From: Pseudomonadota bacterium
Lineage (GTDB): Bacteria > Myxococcota > JACRCW01 > JAFGSX01
Direction of reading: 5' to 3'
Assembly (NCBI GenBank): GCA_043821645.1
Contig: JBDRCO010000118.1
Location: forward strand, 140,314 to 204,313
DNA: 64,000 bases
Part shown: positions 8,838 to 21,762 of the stretch, piece after piece
Layout: each line of letters starts with the position of its first letter
Position numbering within the stretch: the first letter of the stretch is position 1
The notes under the pieces: model-generated
What the model saw: the letters and a program-made list of their open reading frames with translations, nothing else
What the model was told of the DNA's origin: nothing
The model's database searches: none
Position numbers and translations under genes: made by a program

Positions 8838-11423
8838 TCAGGGCATCGCGGGCGCGGAAGGCTTCTCGGCCAGGCGCAGAGCCTCGGCGCAGCGCTGGGC
8901 CTTGCGCACGCCCCCGAACACCTCGCGCAGCAGCTCACCGTCGTGCAGCGTGGTTTGCAGGTTGAGGAAGCTCGCCATCTGCCCCAGGGCCAGCTGTTCG
9001 TTGTTCAACCCCACCGCGACCGCGATGATGCCGCGGTGCGCGCGCGGGCTCTGCGGGTTCAGCACCAGCGCCTGGGTGAAGTACGGCTCGGCCTCCCTGG
9101 CCTGGCCGCGGCTCAGCAGGTAGATGCCGTAGTCGACCAGCCGATCGCCGCTGGCCGCGACCTTGTTGCTGGAGACACCGGTCCCGCTGCCGTCCACGTC
9201 GTCGTCGCGAACCTCGCTGACGCCCTCGAGCTCACGGTCGCCCTCCTTCTTGAGCGCGGGCTGCACGGGCGGGCGCGCGCGTGGCCGCAGATCCAGACGC
9301 TGCGCGGCACCCGCGCCGAGGTACAGCAGGTGGGCTTGTCGCGCCTCGCCTTCGCCCATCTCCAGGACGTGGCTCCCGGCGGTGAGCAGCAGGGCTCCGT
9401 CGTCGAAGGCGCGCGTCCTGTCCTCGCCGTCCAGCACCAGGGGTTTCTTGAAGCCCAGGATCTGCAACAAGCTCAGCGAGCGAACCGTCAGCGGCTGCAG
9501 GGTGAAGCGCAGGCCGAGCTGTTCCGCGGGTTCGGGCTGCAGCATCTGGGTGACCGGCGCGCAACCCTCGAACTCGGCTCGCACCAGGTGGGGAACCCGT
9601 GGCGCGAGTTTTTCGACCACGCAGGGCGCGACGCAGCTCTCCTTGCCGTCGACCAGCACCCGTGCACTGCTGGGCACAGCTGTCACCTGAAGCTGGGCCC
9701 TTTGCAGGGGCATGGCCACGACCAGGTGGGGCAGATCGCCGGTCAAGGGGAGCTCGATGCTCTTGAGGTAGGGCTCGCGCTCGGCCGCCCGGATCTCGAG
9801 CTGCAGCGTGCCGCGGCGCTGCGGGTGCTGGTAGCGCAGCGGGGTGATGCCGACGCGGCGGCCGTCCACCAGCACCTCGGCACCCACGGGCATGCTCTCG
9901 ACGGAGAGCGCGACCTCTCGTCCCCTGAGCAACCAGGGCACACCGAGGGCGAGCAGGACCAGCAGCAGCACAGCGCCGGCGGCCCAGCGCAGCCAGGCTT
10001 GCTGGAGCAACCCGGGCTCACCGTCCTGGCTCCGGCTTGAACCCTGGGCACGGCCGATGCCCGGGATCTGCTGGCGTCCACTCAACTCGCTGCGCACCGG
10101 TGGGCGCGGCTTGCCGATCTCGAGCACGGGTGCGGCTGCGGACAAAAACAGATCCTCAGCGCGCAGAGGGCTGGCTCCGGTGGGTGGAGCCACCAGATCC
10201 CTCGCCCCGGGCGAGCCAGGTGAGGCGTGAGCGAGCACCGGGGAGGAGGCCGGGACTGCGGCGGGGGGCCACACTGCCGCCTGTGGCGTTGCAGGCCGAG
10301 CCAGCCGGTCCAGGTCGGCAAAGGCCTGGTCCAGGGCATCTGGCACGGGATCCAGTTCGACACCCGAGACGGGCCGCGGTACCGAGGCGGTTTGCGAATC
10401 CGCGGAGGTCGGTGGTGTGAGCAGCGGTGCGCTGCGATCGAACAGCGCGCTGGTGGCGAGCTGAGGCAAAGGTTGCCCGCTGTCCGGGCTCTGAATCTGG
10501 TCGCTGTGGCCCGGCAAGGTGGGGGCGTTGCCGTCGATCTCCTGTTCGGACCAGGCGGTGGGCAGCGGGCCTGCAAACGCACGCAGGGCATCGCCGAGGG
10601 CGGCGGCGGTCTGATAGCGCGCCGCGGGCTCCCAGGCCACGGCGCGCGCCACCACCTCGACCAGCGCCGGGTCGCAGTGCAGCGAACTGCGAACGCGTTG
10701 CTCGTCCTCGCCCGGGGTCGAGGCTTGCCGCAGCGCCAGGTGTGCCTTGACCGATCGCAGGTAGCTGCGCGAAAGCAAGGTGTACAGGACCGCGCCCACG
10801 GCGAAGACGTCGCTGCGCGCGTCCACCGGTCGGTCTACGGCCTGCTCCGGTGCCAGGAAGGGCAGCGTGCCGACCACTGCGCCGGCGACGGTCAGGGTGC
10901 CCACGTTGTCGAGCTTGCAGATCCCGAAGTCGGTCAGGATCACCCGGCCCTCGCGATCGACAAAGATGTTGGCGGGTTTGACATCCCGGTGCACCACCCC
11001 GCGGCGGTGCGCGAAATCCAGCGCCTCGCACATCTGCACGCCCACGGCGGCGGTGGCTTCGGGGGCCAGGGCTCCTCGCTGCAGCATGTCGTGCAGGGTC
11101 TCGCCGTCGAGGAGTTCCATGGCGTAGTACAGCACGCGTCCCAGGCCAGGCACCAAGGCGCGATCGAACTCCTGCACGCGCACGATCCCCGGGTGGTGCA
11201 GCGAGATGGCCGCCTTGATCTCGCGCAAAAAGCGCTCCTCGGCGAGCTGCGCGTGCTGGCCTTCCTGTTCCAGATTCAGGGTCTTGAGGGCCACCACCTG
11301 CTGGGTGATCTCGTGCCGGGCCTCGTACACCACACCCATGGCGCCACGTCCCAGCGTGCGCAGGATGTGATAGCGGCCTATGCACAGACCCGCCGAGGGG
11401 TCGCTGGCGGAGGTGTCACCCAC
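8838..11423 (-). CDS. Membrane Ser/Thr protein kinase with PEGA domains and C-terminal TPR-like region
   Basis: GRGAMG, VALK, HRDVKPAN, DFG, APE; Pro-rich linker; TM helix; PEGA motifs (S.P.GAEV.VDG...G.TP); TPR-like tail. Confidence 0.9.
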   Translation of the reverse strand: MGDTSASDPSAGLCIGRYHILRTLGRGAMGVVYEARHEITQQVVALKTLNLEQEGQHAQLAEERFLREIKAAISLHHPGIVRVQEFDRALVPGLGRVLYYAMELLDGETLHDMLQRGALAPEATAAVGVQMCEALDFAHRRGVVHRDVKPANIFVDREGRVILTDFGICKLDNVGTLTVAGAVVGTLPFLAPEQAVDRPVDARSDVFAVGAVLYTLLSRSYLRSVKAHLALRQASTPGEDEQRVRSSLHCDPALVEVVARAVAWEPAARYQTAAALGDALRAFAGPLPTAWSEQEIDGNAPTLPGHSDQIQSPDSGQPLPQLATSALFDRSAPLLTPPTSADSQTASVPRPVSGVELDPVPDALDQAFADLDRLARPATPQAAVWPPAAVPASSPVLAHASPGSPGARDLVAPPTGASPLRAEDLFLSAAAPVLEIGKPRPPVRSELSGRQQIPGIGRAQGSSRSQDGEPGLLQQAWLRWAAGAVLLLVLLALGVPWLLRGREVALSVESMPVGAEVLVDGRRVGITPLRYQHPQRRGTLQLEIRAAEREPYLKSIELPLTGDLPHLVVAMPLQRAQLQVTAVPSSARVLVDGKESCVAPCVVEKLAPRVPHLVRAEFEGCAPVTQMLQPEPAEQLGLRFTLQPLTVRSLSLLQILGFKKPLVLDGEDRTRAFDDGALLLTAGSHVLEMGEGEARQAHLLYLGAGAAQRLDLRPRARPPVQPALKKEGDRELEGVSEVRDDDVDGSGTGVSSNKVAASGDRLVDYGIYLLSRGQAREAEPYFTQALVLNPQSPRAHRGIIAVAVGLNNEQLALGQMASFLNLQTTLHDGELLREVFGGVRKAQRCAEALRLAEKPSAPAMP

Positions 11424-11495
11424 CCGGGTACTCCAGGGCTGATGTCGACGTGGGGCATTGTGCCACAGGCGCGCAGGTGCGAGCCAGAGGCGTGC

Positions 11496-12863
11496 TCACT
11501 TGCCGATGCAGAAGCGCTCGAAGATGGCGCGCAGCGTGTCCTCGCCGAGGTCGCCGCCGACGATGTGCTCGAGCGCGCGCAGGCCGCGGCGCAGGCTCTC
11601 GGCAACCAGCTCCGGGGCCTGTGCCTGGGCCAGCTCCTGCCGAGACCTCTCCACCCACTGCGCGGCCTCGTCGAGGAGCAGGGCGTGGCGCTGCGTCGTC
11701 ACCACCCAGTCGCGAGCGAGCAGCTCGGCCGGTGCCCGGGTGCGTTGGGCGATGCGCGCCCGCAGCAGCTCCAGCCCCTCCCCGGTGAGGGCAGACACGC
11801 GGCAGCCGTACTCGCCCAGCGCAGCCCACACGGTTTGGAAGCCGCGATCGCTCTTGTTGAGCACCACCAGGTCGCCGGGGCGCGCCGCGTCCATCGCGCG
11901 CAGGGTGTCGTCACTGGCTGACAGACTGGCATCGATGACGATCAGGCACAGGTCTGCACTCTCCACCGCCCGGCGCGCGCGCACGAGCGCCTCGGCCTCG
12001 ATGTCGTCGACCGCCTCCCGCACGCCGGCGGTATCGACCAGGATCAGCGCCTGTCCGTCGACGGTGCAGCCGTGCTCGAGCACGTCGCGGGTGGTGCCTG
12101 GCGTCGCATGCACGATGGCGCGATCACTCCGCGCGAGGGCGTTGAGCAGGGTCGACTTGCCCGCGTTGGGAGGGCCGGTCAGCACCACCCGTGGCCGTTC
12201 CAGCAGAGCCTGCGCCCCGTGGTGGGTGGCGCGAAGCTCGGCGAGGGCCTCGAGCAGAGCTGCGAGTTGCTGCTGCAGCCGCGCGCTGTCCAGTGTCACC
12301 TCGTCGTCGCCAAAGTCCAGGCTCGCCTCGATGGCGGCGAGGACCTCCACGCCGAGTTCGCGCAGGGGTGCGAGAGTCTGGGCGGCCGAGCCGCGCAGCG
12401 CGCGTAGGGCCAGGGTGCGCGCGGTTTCGCTGTCGGCGGCCACCAGTTGTTGCACCGCCTCGGCCTGGCTCAGGTCCAGCCGCCCCGAGCGCAGCGCACG
12501 AAAACTGAACTCCCCGGGCTCGGCCAGGCGCGCACCGGTGGACAGAACGGCCTCGAGCACGCGCCGGGCATTGAGCGTCCCGCCGTGCACCTGCAACTCG
12601 AGCAGCTCCTCACCCGTGTAGGAGCGTCCCGCCTCGAACCAGGCTGCCAGGCCCTCGTCGAGCAGCGTGCCGTCGACGGGATCTCGCACCTCGCCGAGGC
12701 GCAGCCGGGCGTGGCTCCATGCGCCGGCCTGACGAGGCACGAACACCATATCGCGCAGGGTCCGCACCGCAGGCCCCGAGGCGCGCACGATGGCCACCGC
12801 GCCCGGACCGGTGGCCGTGGCGACGGCGGCGATGGTGTCGCGCGCGCGCAGATCCATCTTCAC
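11496..12863 (-). CDS. mnmE: tRNA modification GTPase MnmE
   Basis: DTIAAVAT, SYTGE, HGG, GPPNAGKSTL, PGTTRD, DTAG, NKSD and C-terminal FCIGK. Confidence 0.96.
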   Translation of the reverse strand: MKMDLRARDTIAAVATATGPGAVAIVRASGPAVRTLRDMVFVPRQAGAWSHARLRLGEVRDPVDGTLLDEGLAAWFEAGRSYTGEELLELQVHGGTLNARRVLEAVLSTGARLAEPGEFSFRALRSGRLDLSQAEAVQQLVAADSETARTLALRALRGSAAQTLAPLRELGVEVLAAIEASLDFGDDEVTLDSARLQQQLAALLEALAELRATHHGAQALLERPRVVLTGPPNAGKSTLLNALARSDRAIVHATPGTTRDVLEHGCTVDGQALILVDTAGVREAVDDIEAEALVRARRAVESADLCLIVIDASLSASDDTLRAMDAARPGDLVVLNKSDRGFQTVWAALGEYGCRVSALTGEGLELLRARIAQRTRAPAELLARDWVVTTQRHALLLDEAAQWVERSRQELAQAQAPELVAESLRRGLRALEHIVGGDLGEDTLRAIFERFCIGK

Positions 12864-14755
12864 GGCGAACGCTCGAGGCGCAGCAAGGCGATGGCCACCA
12901 CGCTGAGCGCGGCGTGGGTGACGCCGGGGATGCGGGACGCCTGGGCCAGGGTGCGTGGCCGGATGCGGCTCAACTTCTCACGCATCTCCGCGGACAGCCC
13001 ACCCAGCACCAGATAATCCAGCGCGTCCGGGATGGCCTGCTGCTCCAGATCCTGCTCGCGAGCCCTCGCCAGGCGCGCGTGATCCAGGTAGCCCTGGTAG
13101 CGCAGGTCTGTCACCGCGCCGAGCAGCACCACGTCGTCATCGTCGACGAACTCGGGGGCCAGACAGCGCAGGGCGGCGAGATCCAGCTCGGGACGACGAC
13201 ACAGCTGGGCCAGGTTGCCCGGTGCCGTCAGCGGCGCCGAATCACAGGCGCGCAGGATGGCATCCAGCTCCGGCGAGGGCGCCACGCTGCGCTGCAGCAG
13301 TGCCTCGCTCACAGCCGTGCGGCGCTGTACCCGCTCCCGTCGCCGGGCGCGCTGGGTCGCGTCGAGGAGACCGGTCTCTTCGGCCAGCTCGAGCAGCCGC
13401 GGCAACACGTTGTCTTCGCGCAGCAGCAGGCGGTGCTCGGCGCGCGAGGTCAGCATGCGATAGGGCTCGTCGGTGCCCCGGGTGACCAGGTCGTCGATCA
13501 TGACCCCGATGTAGGCCTGGTCGCGGCCCAGGATCAGCGGCGTGTGCTGCCAAAGGTGCCGCGCGGCGTTGATCCCAGCCACCAAACCCTGCGCCGCGGC
13601 CTCTTCGTAGCCGGAGGTACCGTTGATCTGCCCGGCCAAAAACAGCCCCGGCACGCGCTTGGTCTCCAGCCAGGGCCACAGCTCGGTGGGCGGCACGAAG
13701 TCGTACTCGACGGCATAGCCCCAGCGCCGGACCCGGGCCTGTGCGCAGCCCGGAAGCGAGCGCACCATGGCGAGCTGCAGGTCCGCCGGCAGCGAGGTGG
13801 ACAGCCCGGACAGGTAAACCTCGCAGCTGTCCTGGCCCTCGGGCTCGATGAAGATCGAATGCCGCTGCTTGTCCGGAAAACGTACCACCTTGTCCTCGAT
13901 GGACGGGCAGTAGCGTGGTCCGCGGCCGGCGATCTGACCGTTGAACAGCGGCGAGCGCGCGAGGCCGTCCTGGATCAGAGCGTGGGTCTCGGCCGTGGTG
14001 TGGGTCAGGTAGCAGGGCAATTGCGGCAGTGGTCGCGTCGCGCTGTCGACGGAGAACAGCGGTGTCGAGGGTTCGGGATCCTGGCGCTCGAGCGCGCCGA
14101 CATCGACGCTGCGGCCATCCAGGCGCGGGCAGGTGCCGGTCTTGAGCCGGCCCAGCGGAAAGCCCAGCTCGGCCAGGCTGCGCGACAGGCCGCTGGCCGC
14201 GGGCTCGCCCATGCGCCCGCCGGCGTGCGACACCTCACCGACGTGCAGCAGCGCCCGCAGGAAGGTGCCCGTGGTCACCACCACGGCGCGCGCCGTGAAC
14301 TCCTCGCCAAAGGAGGTGCGCACGGCGGCGACGCGCCCGTCCTGGACCAGGATCTCCTCGACCAGGCCCTGGCGCAAGATCAGCCCCGGTGTGCGATCGA
14401 GGAGCGCGGCCATGTGCTGGGCATAGGCGAACATGTCCGCCTGTATCCGCGTCGAGCGCACGGCCGGGCCCTTGCTGTGGTTGAGGGTGCGTGCATGCAG
14501 GGTCACCTGATCGGCGATGCGGCCCATGGCGCCGCCGAGAGCGTCCAGCTCGCGCACCAGCTGGCCCTTGCCCACGCCGCCCACCGAGGGGTTGCAGCTC
14601 ATCCAGGCGATGCGGTCCAGGTTCGGCGTCACCAGGGTGGTGCTCAGGCCCAGCCGCGCGCAGGCCAGGGCGGCCTCACAGCCGGCATGGCCGCCACCCA
14701 CCACCACCACGTCGCTCGCTTCGCGGATCACGGGCTGTGTCATTGCCTCGCCCAT
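12860..14755 (-). CDS. mnmG: tRNA uridine 5-carboxymethylaminomethyl modification enzyme MnmG (GidA)
   Basis: GGGHAGCEAA, MSCNPSVGG, KTGTCPR, GPRYCPSIEDK, AGQINGTSGYEEAA, YRMLTSRAE. The start may be 14743. Confidence 0.97.
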   Translation of the reverse strand: MGEAMTQPVIREASDVVVVGGGHAGCEAALACARLGLSTTLVTPNLDRIAWMSCNPSVGGVGKGQLVRELDALGGAMGRIADQVTLHARTLNHSKGPAVRSTRIQADMFAYAQHMAALLDRTPGLILRQGLVEEILVQDGRVAAVRTSFGEEFTARAVVVTTGTFLRALLHVGEVSHAGGRMGEPAASGLSRSLAELGFPLGRLKTGTCPRLDGRSVDVGALERQDPEPSTPLFSVDSATRPLPQLPCYLTHTTAETHALIQDGLARSPLFNGQIAGRGPRYCPSIEDKVVRFPDKQRHSIFIEPEGQDSCEVYLSGLSTSLPADLQLAMVRSLPGCAQARVRRWGYAVEYDFVPPTELWPWLETKRVPGLFLAGQINGTSGYEEAAAQGLVAGINAARHLWQHTPLILGRDQAYIGVMIDDLVTRGTDEPYRMLTSRAEHRLLLREDNVLPRLLELAEETGLLDATQRARRRERVQRRTAVSEALLQRSVAPSPELDAILRACDSAPLTAPGNLAQLCRRPELDLAALRCLAPEFVDDDDVVLLGAVTDLRYQGYLDHARLARAREQDLEQQAIPDALDYLVLGGLSAEMREKLSRIRPRTLAQASRIPGVTHAALSVVAIALLRLERSP

Positions 14756-14786
14756 CGCCCCCGTTCGCGAGAGCGAGCCGCCGTGC

Positions 14787-15446
14787 TCAACCCTGCTCGG
14801 GGCTCGCCGTCACCGGGGCGCTGCGAAGCTCCGCGGCCTGCTTGAAGGGGACAAAGGAGCGAAAGATCACCGCCAGGGCGCCACACACGATGGCACTGTC
14901 GGCGACGTTGAAGGTGGGCCAGGGCGGCAGCGACGGGAAGAAGCGTTCCAGGCGCCAGCTCACGAAGTCGATCACGTAGCCGTGCCACATGCGGTCGATG
15001 GCATTGCCGATGGCGCCGGCGAGAATGAAAGACAGCGCCAGGATGGTCACCGGATCCGGCTCCTTGAGTCGCCACAGCCAGCCCACGATGAGCACCATGG
15101 CCAGGGCTCCGACGCCCAGCAGCAGCGGCTTGCGCCAGCTCTCGTCGAGGCTTCGGGTCAGCGAAAAGGCTGCGGCGCGGTTCTCGGCGTACTGGAAGTG
15201 AAACAGGCCCTGCAGCAGCACGATATCGCGCGCGGGCCAGTAGGCCCACTCGTTGAGCACACTGCCCGAGGCTGCGGCCGAAGGAGGGGCCGGCCTGGCC
15301 AGGGCGTCGCGGGCCCACAGCTTGCTCGACTGGTCCAGACCCAGCACCACCACCAGCACCGCGGCAAGGATGGCGAAGCGAAAGCGCCACCAGGGGCTGC
15401 TCGACAGGTCGTTGGCGACGGACACGGGCAGGCGATCGGTGCTCAT
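14787..15446 (-). CDS. lspA: Signal peptidase II, copy 2
   Basis: DQSSK, ENRAAAFS, GAIGNAIDR, VIDF, FNVAD. Confidence 0.93.
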   Translation of the reverse strand: MSTDRLPVSVANDLSSSPWWRFRFAILAAVLVVVLGLDQSSKLWARDALARPAPPSAAASGSVLNEWAYWPARDIVLLQGLFHFQYAENRAAAFSLTRSLDESWRKPLLLGVGALAMVLIVGWLWRLKEPDPVTILALSFILAGAIGNAIDRMWHGYVIDFVSWRLERFFPSLPPWPTFNVADSAIVCGALAVIFRSFVPFKQAAELRSAPVTASPEQG

Positions 15447-16152
15447 GAGGACACAACCTCGCTGTTGGCAGTCGGATCGACCTCACCACTCTCCGCCGGG
15501 CCAGCGGCTGCCGGGGCCTGCAGCGCTCGCTCGAAGGGGAAGAAAGAACGGAAGATGATGCAGGCCGCGCCACCGACGATGGAGGTGTCGGCGACATTGA
15601 AGGTGGGCCATGGCGGCAGCGACGGAAGGTAGCGGGTCAGCCGCCAGTCGATGAAGTCGATGACATAGCCGTGCCATTGTCGGTCGACCAGGTTTCCCGC
15701 GGCGCCGCCGAGGACCATGGCGAAGCCCAGGATGAGGATGGGGTCGGGCTCCTTGAGCCGCCAGGTCCAGCCCAGCAGCAGGGCGATGGCGAGGTAGGTG
15801 ACGCCGATGAGCATGGGCCGGCGCCACTCGAGGGGGATCGAGCGCGTCAAGCTGAAGGCCGCTGCAGAATTCTCGACGTAGCGCAGGTGAAAGATGCCCC
15901 GGATCAGCACCAGCTCCTTGACCGGCCGGTAGTGCACAAAGCCCTGCTCGTCGACGGGAAGAGGCCGCGCCAGGTTGTCCCGGATGCCCAGCTTGGTGAC
16001 CTGGTCCAGGCCCAGGGCGAGCACCAGGTAGGCGGCCACGAAGGCCAGCCGGTAGCGGTGCAGCCACAGCGTCCACGCTGGACGCATGGCGAAGGGGAGC
16101 TGGGTCGGCGCACTGTGGATGTCCGCCGTCACCGGAATGTTCTCGTCGGTGC

Positions 16153-16156
<4 letters not shown>
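15443..16156 (-). CDS. lspA: Signal peptidase II, copy 1
   Basis: [31 protein letters not shown]; start overlaps the secA stop. Confidence 0.93.
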
Positions 16157-19092
<2,936 letters not shown>

Positions 19093-19279
19093 GATTTTTG
19101 CTCCGTGACCCCGGGGCCGGATGGCCCCCACTGCCGCCAGGATTGGCTCCTGTCGACATCACCCCGGCCGCACAGATCTGCCATCTGATAAGGCAGGTCT
19201 TCAACCTGAGGGGCGCGGGTTTTGTTCCCGCATCCGGCCCGGGCGACACCGCAGCGCCGCCCATTAAAAATGCTCGGGG

Positions 19280-19308
19280 AAGGTAGGCGCCGCGTCCTGG
19301 GGTGTCAA
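19280..19308 (-). promoter_or_regulatory. Sigma70-type promoter for secA
   Basis: TTGACA-17 nt-TACCTT on the minus strand. Confidence 0.65.
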
Positions 19309-19373
19309 GCCAGCCCGGCGCAGGCCAATTCTCACCTTCAAGCGCAGATGGGTGAAGCACCGGGTGTCGCAGC

Positions 19374-19402
19374 TTGTCATACCCTGGACCCGTCCCTACC
19401 TT
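19374..19402 (+). promoter_or_regulatory. Sigma70-type promoter for the zinc peptidase gene, divergent from secA
   Basis: TTGTCA-17 nt-TACCTT. Confidence 0.55.
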
Positions 19403-19465
19403 GCGTGCAGCGACTCCCCGGACCAGCCTGCGTTCACGGACGGTTACCGGGGTATGGAGGTGGCC

Positions 19466-20146
19466 ATGTTTGGACTGTTCGATCCCCTGTACTTGATGCT
19501 GCTGGCGCCGGCGCTGGTGCTGTCGGTGCTGGCCTCGATCTGGGTCAAGAGTTCCTTCAGCAAGTGGAGCAAGCGCGGCCTGTCGTCGCAGATCTCGGGC
19601 GCCCAGGCCGCCCGCGCCATCCTCGATGCGAGTGGACTGTCCAACGTGCGCATCGAGCGCGTCAGCGGCTGGCTCAGCGACCACTACGACCCCGCCCACA
19701 AGACCCTGCGCCTGTCGCCTCAGGTCCACGACGGGCGCTCCGTGGCGTCGGTGGGTGTGGCGGCGCACGAGGCTGGGCACGCCCTGCAGGACAAGGAGCG
19801 CTATGCACCCCTGGTGTGGCGCACCTCGCTGGTTCCCGTGGCGTCCATTGGCTCCAACCTGACGTGGGTGCTGATCATCGCCGGTATGTTCCTGCACATC
19901 ACCCAGCTGTACACCGCCGCCGTGGTCTTGTTCAGCGCGGTGGTGATCTTCCAGCTGGTCACCTTGCCGGTCGAGTTCAATGCGTCGAGCCGTGCCAAGG
20001 CTGCCTTGACCCAGCACGGTATCGTGAGCCTGAGCGAGGCCGAAGGCGTCAACAACGTGCTCACCGCGGCCGCCATGACTTATGTGGCTGCGGCCCTGAC
20101 CGCCGTGCTGCAGCTGGTGTACTTCATCCTGCGCGCCCGGGACTGA
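19466..20146 (+). CDS. Membrane zinc metallopeptidase (YugP / Zn_peptidase_2 family)
   Basis: LSDHYDP, AAHEAGHA.Q (HExxH), TLPVEFNASSRA, VL.AAAMTYVAA; SD GGAGG. Confidence 0.9.
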   Translation: MFGLFDPLYLMLLAPALVLSVLASIWVKSSFSKWSKRGLSSQISGAQAARAILDASGLSNVRIERVSGWLSDHYDPAHKTLRLSPQVHDGRSVASVGVAAHEAGHALQDKERYAPLVWRTSLVPVASIGSNLTWVLIIAGMFLHITQLYTAAVVLFSAVVIFQLVTLPVEFNASSRAKAALTQHGIVSLSEAEGVNNVLTAAAMTYVAAALTAVLQLVYFILRARD

Positions 20147-20289
20147 TCGGGTCTTTTGGCGATCTCGACGGACAGTTCAGACACTCCCTTGCGAGGGTGA
20201 CTCGCACGCCCAACGTGCGCCACGTCACACAAATCACGCAACATTTCCGGCTGGCGGCGGATAGATCTCTATATGAGGAGGCTCCTGCC

Positions 20290-21651
20290 ATGATCCGTAC
20301 GCTGTTCAAACCGCTGCTCGTGCTCGCCCTGGCGAGCGCCGGCACTGCACTGCTCGCCTGCGACACCGAGGCGGTCATCTATCGCGACGAGCTCGGCTGC
20401 CAGAGCAACGACGAGTGCCCTGACGGCGTGTGCGTGGGCGGCGTGTGCATCGACGGCGAGTGCACTAAGGACGCGGACTGCACACCGCTGCCGCCAACCT
20501 GCGGCGACAGCCAGACCATGCTGCTCAGGCCCATAGGTACCTGCGGCGATGACTACCTGTGCACCTACGAGCCGGTGGAGGAGAACTGCCCCCTGGGCTG
20601 CGACTTCCCAAGCGGGATCTGCGCGCGTCCGCCCTGCGAGTCCGTGGTGTGCAACACACCGCCCACCGAGTGCTTCATGGCCATCGGCACCTGCAATGCC
20701 GGCGCCTGCTACTACGACCTGCGCAATGGCGCGAGCTGCGACGACAGCGATCCCTGCACCGACGAGGACAGTTGCCTCGAAGGCATCTGCGCCGGTGTGC
20801 CGGCGAGCTGCAACACGCCTCCGCCAGACGCCTGCATCGACAACAACACCCTCGAGCAGTACCGCCCGCTGGGAATCTGCCAGCCTGGTCAAGGCTGCCA
20901 GTACCAGACCGATCGCGTGGCCTGCTTCTTTGGCTGCGTCAACGGCGCCTGCCAGGGCGACCCCTGCGGCGCCTCGGCCTGCGACCAGCCTCCGAGTGAC
21001 TACTGCCTGGATGCCAGCCACGCCCGCGTGTACCAGGCCATCGGCACCTGCAACAACGCGGTGTGCGACTACCAGAGCGCCGACGTGTTCTGTCCCTTCG
21101 GCTGCGACACCAACGGCTGCAAACCCGACCCCTGCGCAGGCGTGCTGTGCGACACGCCTCCCGCGGCCTACTGTGCCGATGCCAACACGCGACGCACCTA
21201 CACGCCTCCCGCGGCCTGCGTGAACGGGCGCTGCCCCTACCTGGCTCACGACACCAACTGCCAGTATGGATGCGAGAATGGAACCTGCCGGGGTGACCCC
21301 TGCCTGGGCACCAGCTGCGACGACGGCAACCCTTGCACCACCGACAGCTGTAACTCCAGCACCGGCCAGTGCAGCCACCAGGCCGCCAACAACGGTCAGG
21401 CCTGCACCAACACGCGCAGCGGCAAGTGTCCGCAGGGCACCTGCGCGGGCGGAACCTGCCTGTCCACGGCCAACGTCACCTGCGTCACCGAGATCGACGT
21501 GGACATTTGCCACGACGTGGAGGTGGCAGGCGTGTGCACCGGCAGCGGCGATTGCGTGGTGACCCAGGCCCCGCCCGAGTACTACTGCCCGGATTGCAAC
21601 GGTCTGTGCATCCAGTGCTACATCCTTCAGCTCTGCGTGCCGTTTTTTTAA
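20290..21651 (+). CDS. Cysteine-rich repeat lipoprotein
   Basis: SD GAGGAGG; lipobox LLAC; repeated C.xPP..C.D...Y...G.C....C.Y......C..GC units plus CDD..PCT.DSC units. Confidence 0.85.
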   Translation: MIRTLFKPLLVLALASAGTALLACDTEAVIYRDELGCQSNDECPDGVCVGGVCIDGECTKDADCTPLPPTCGDSQTMLLRPIGTCGDDYLCTYEPVEENCPLGCDFPSGICARPPCESVVCNTPPTECFMAIGTCNAGACYYDLRNGASCDDSDPCTDEDSCLEGICAGVPASCNTPPPDACIDNNTLEQYRPLGICQPGQGCQYQTDRVACFFGCVNGACQGDPCGASACDQPPSDYCLDASHARVYQAIGTCNNAVCDYQSADVFCPFGCDTNGCKPDPCAGVLCDTPPAAYCADANTRRTYTPPAACVNGRCPYLAHDTNCQYGCENGTCRGDPCLGTSCDDGNPCTTDSCNSSTGQCSHQAANNGQACTNTRSGKCPQGTCAGGTCLSTANVTCVTEIDVDICHDVEVAGVCTGSGDCVVTQAPPEYYCPDCNGLCIQCYILQLCVPFF

Positions 21652-21676
21652 AGGGGGCAGTCGGCCCGCCCCCTCT
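21652..21676. terminator. Possible hairpin terminator between convergent genes
   Basis: AGGGGGC...GCCCCT imperfect inverted repeat right after the stop codon. Confidence 0.35.
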
Positions 21677-21762
21677 GGCGACGGAGTGAATCCGTCGCCA
21701 TTCACCCCCTGGCAGCACGCAAGGACACCTCGCTCCCTGAGGTCGCTCGGTGCTGTCGTCGT

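Noticed and set aside
19095-19275. Assigning the secA leader to SAM-I, FMN, 6S or SRP RNA, or to a SecM-like uORF
   Set aside because: Only short fragments resemble those families and the core motifs are missing. The upstream ATG frame has no signal peptide or recognisable arrest motif.
19222-20289. N-terminal part of the 809-aa ORF, implying a fusion with the Cys-rich protein
   Set aside because: It overlaps the real peptidase gene out of frame. The true start is 20290, with an SD and a lipoprotein leader.
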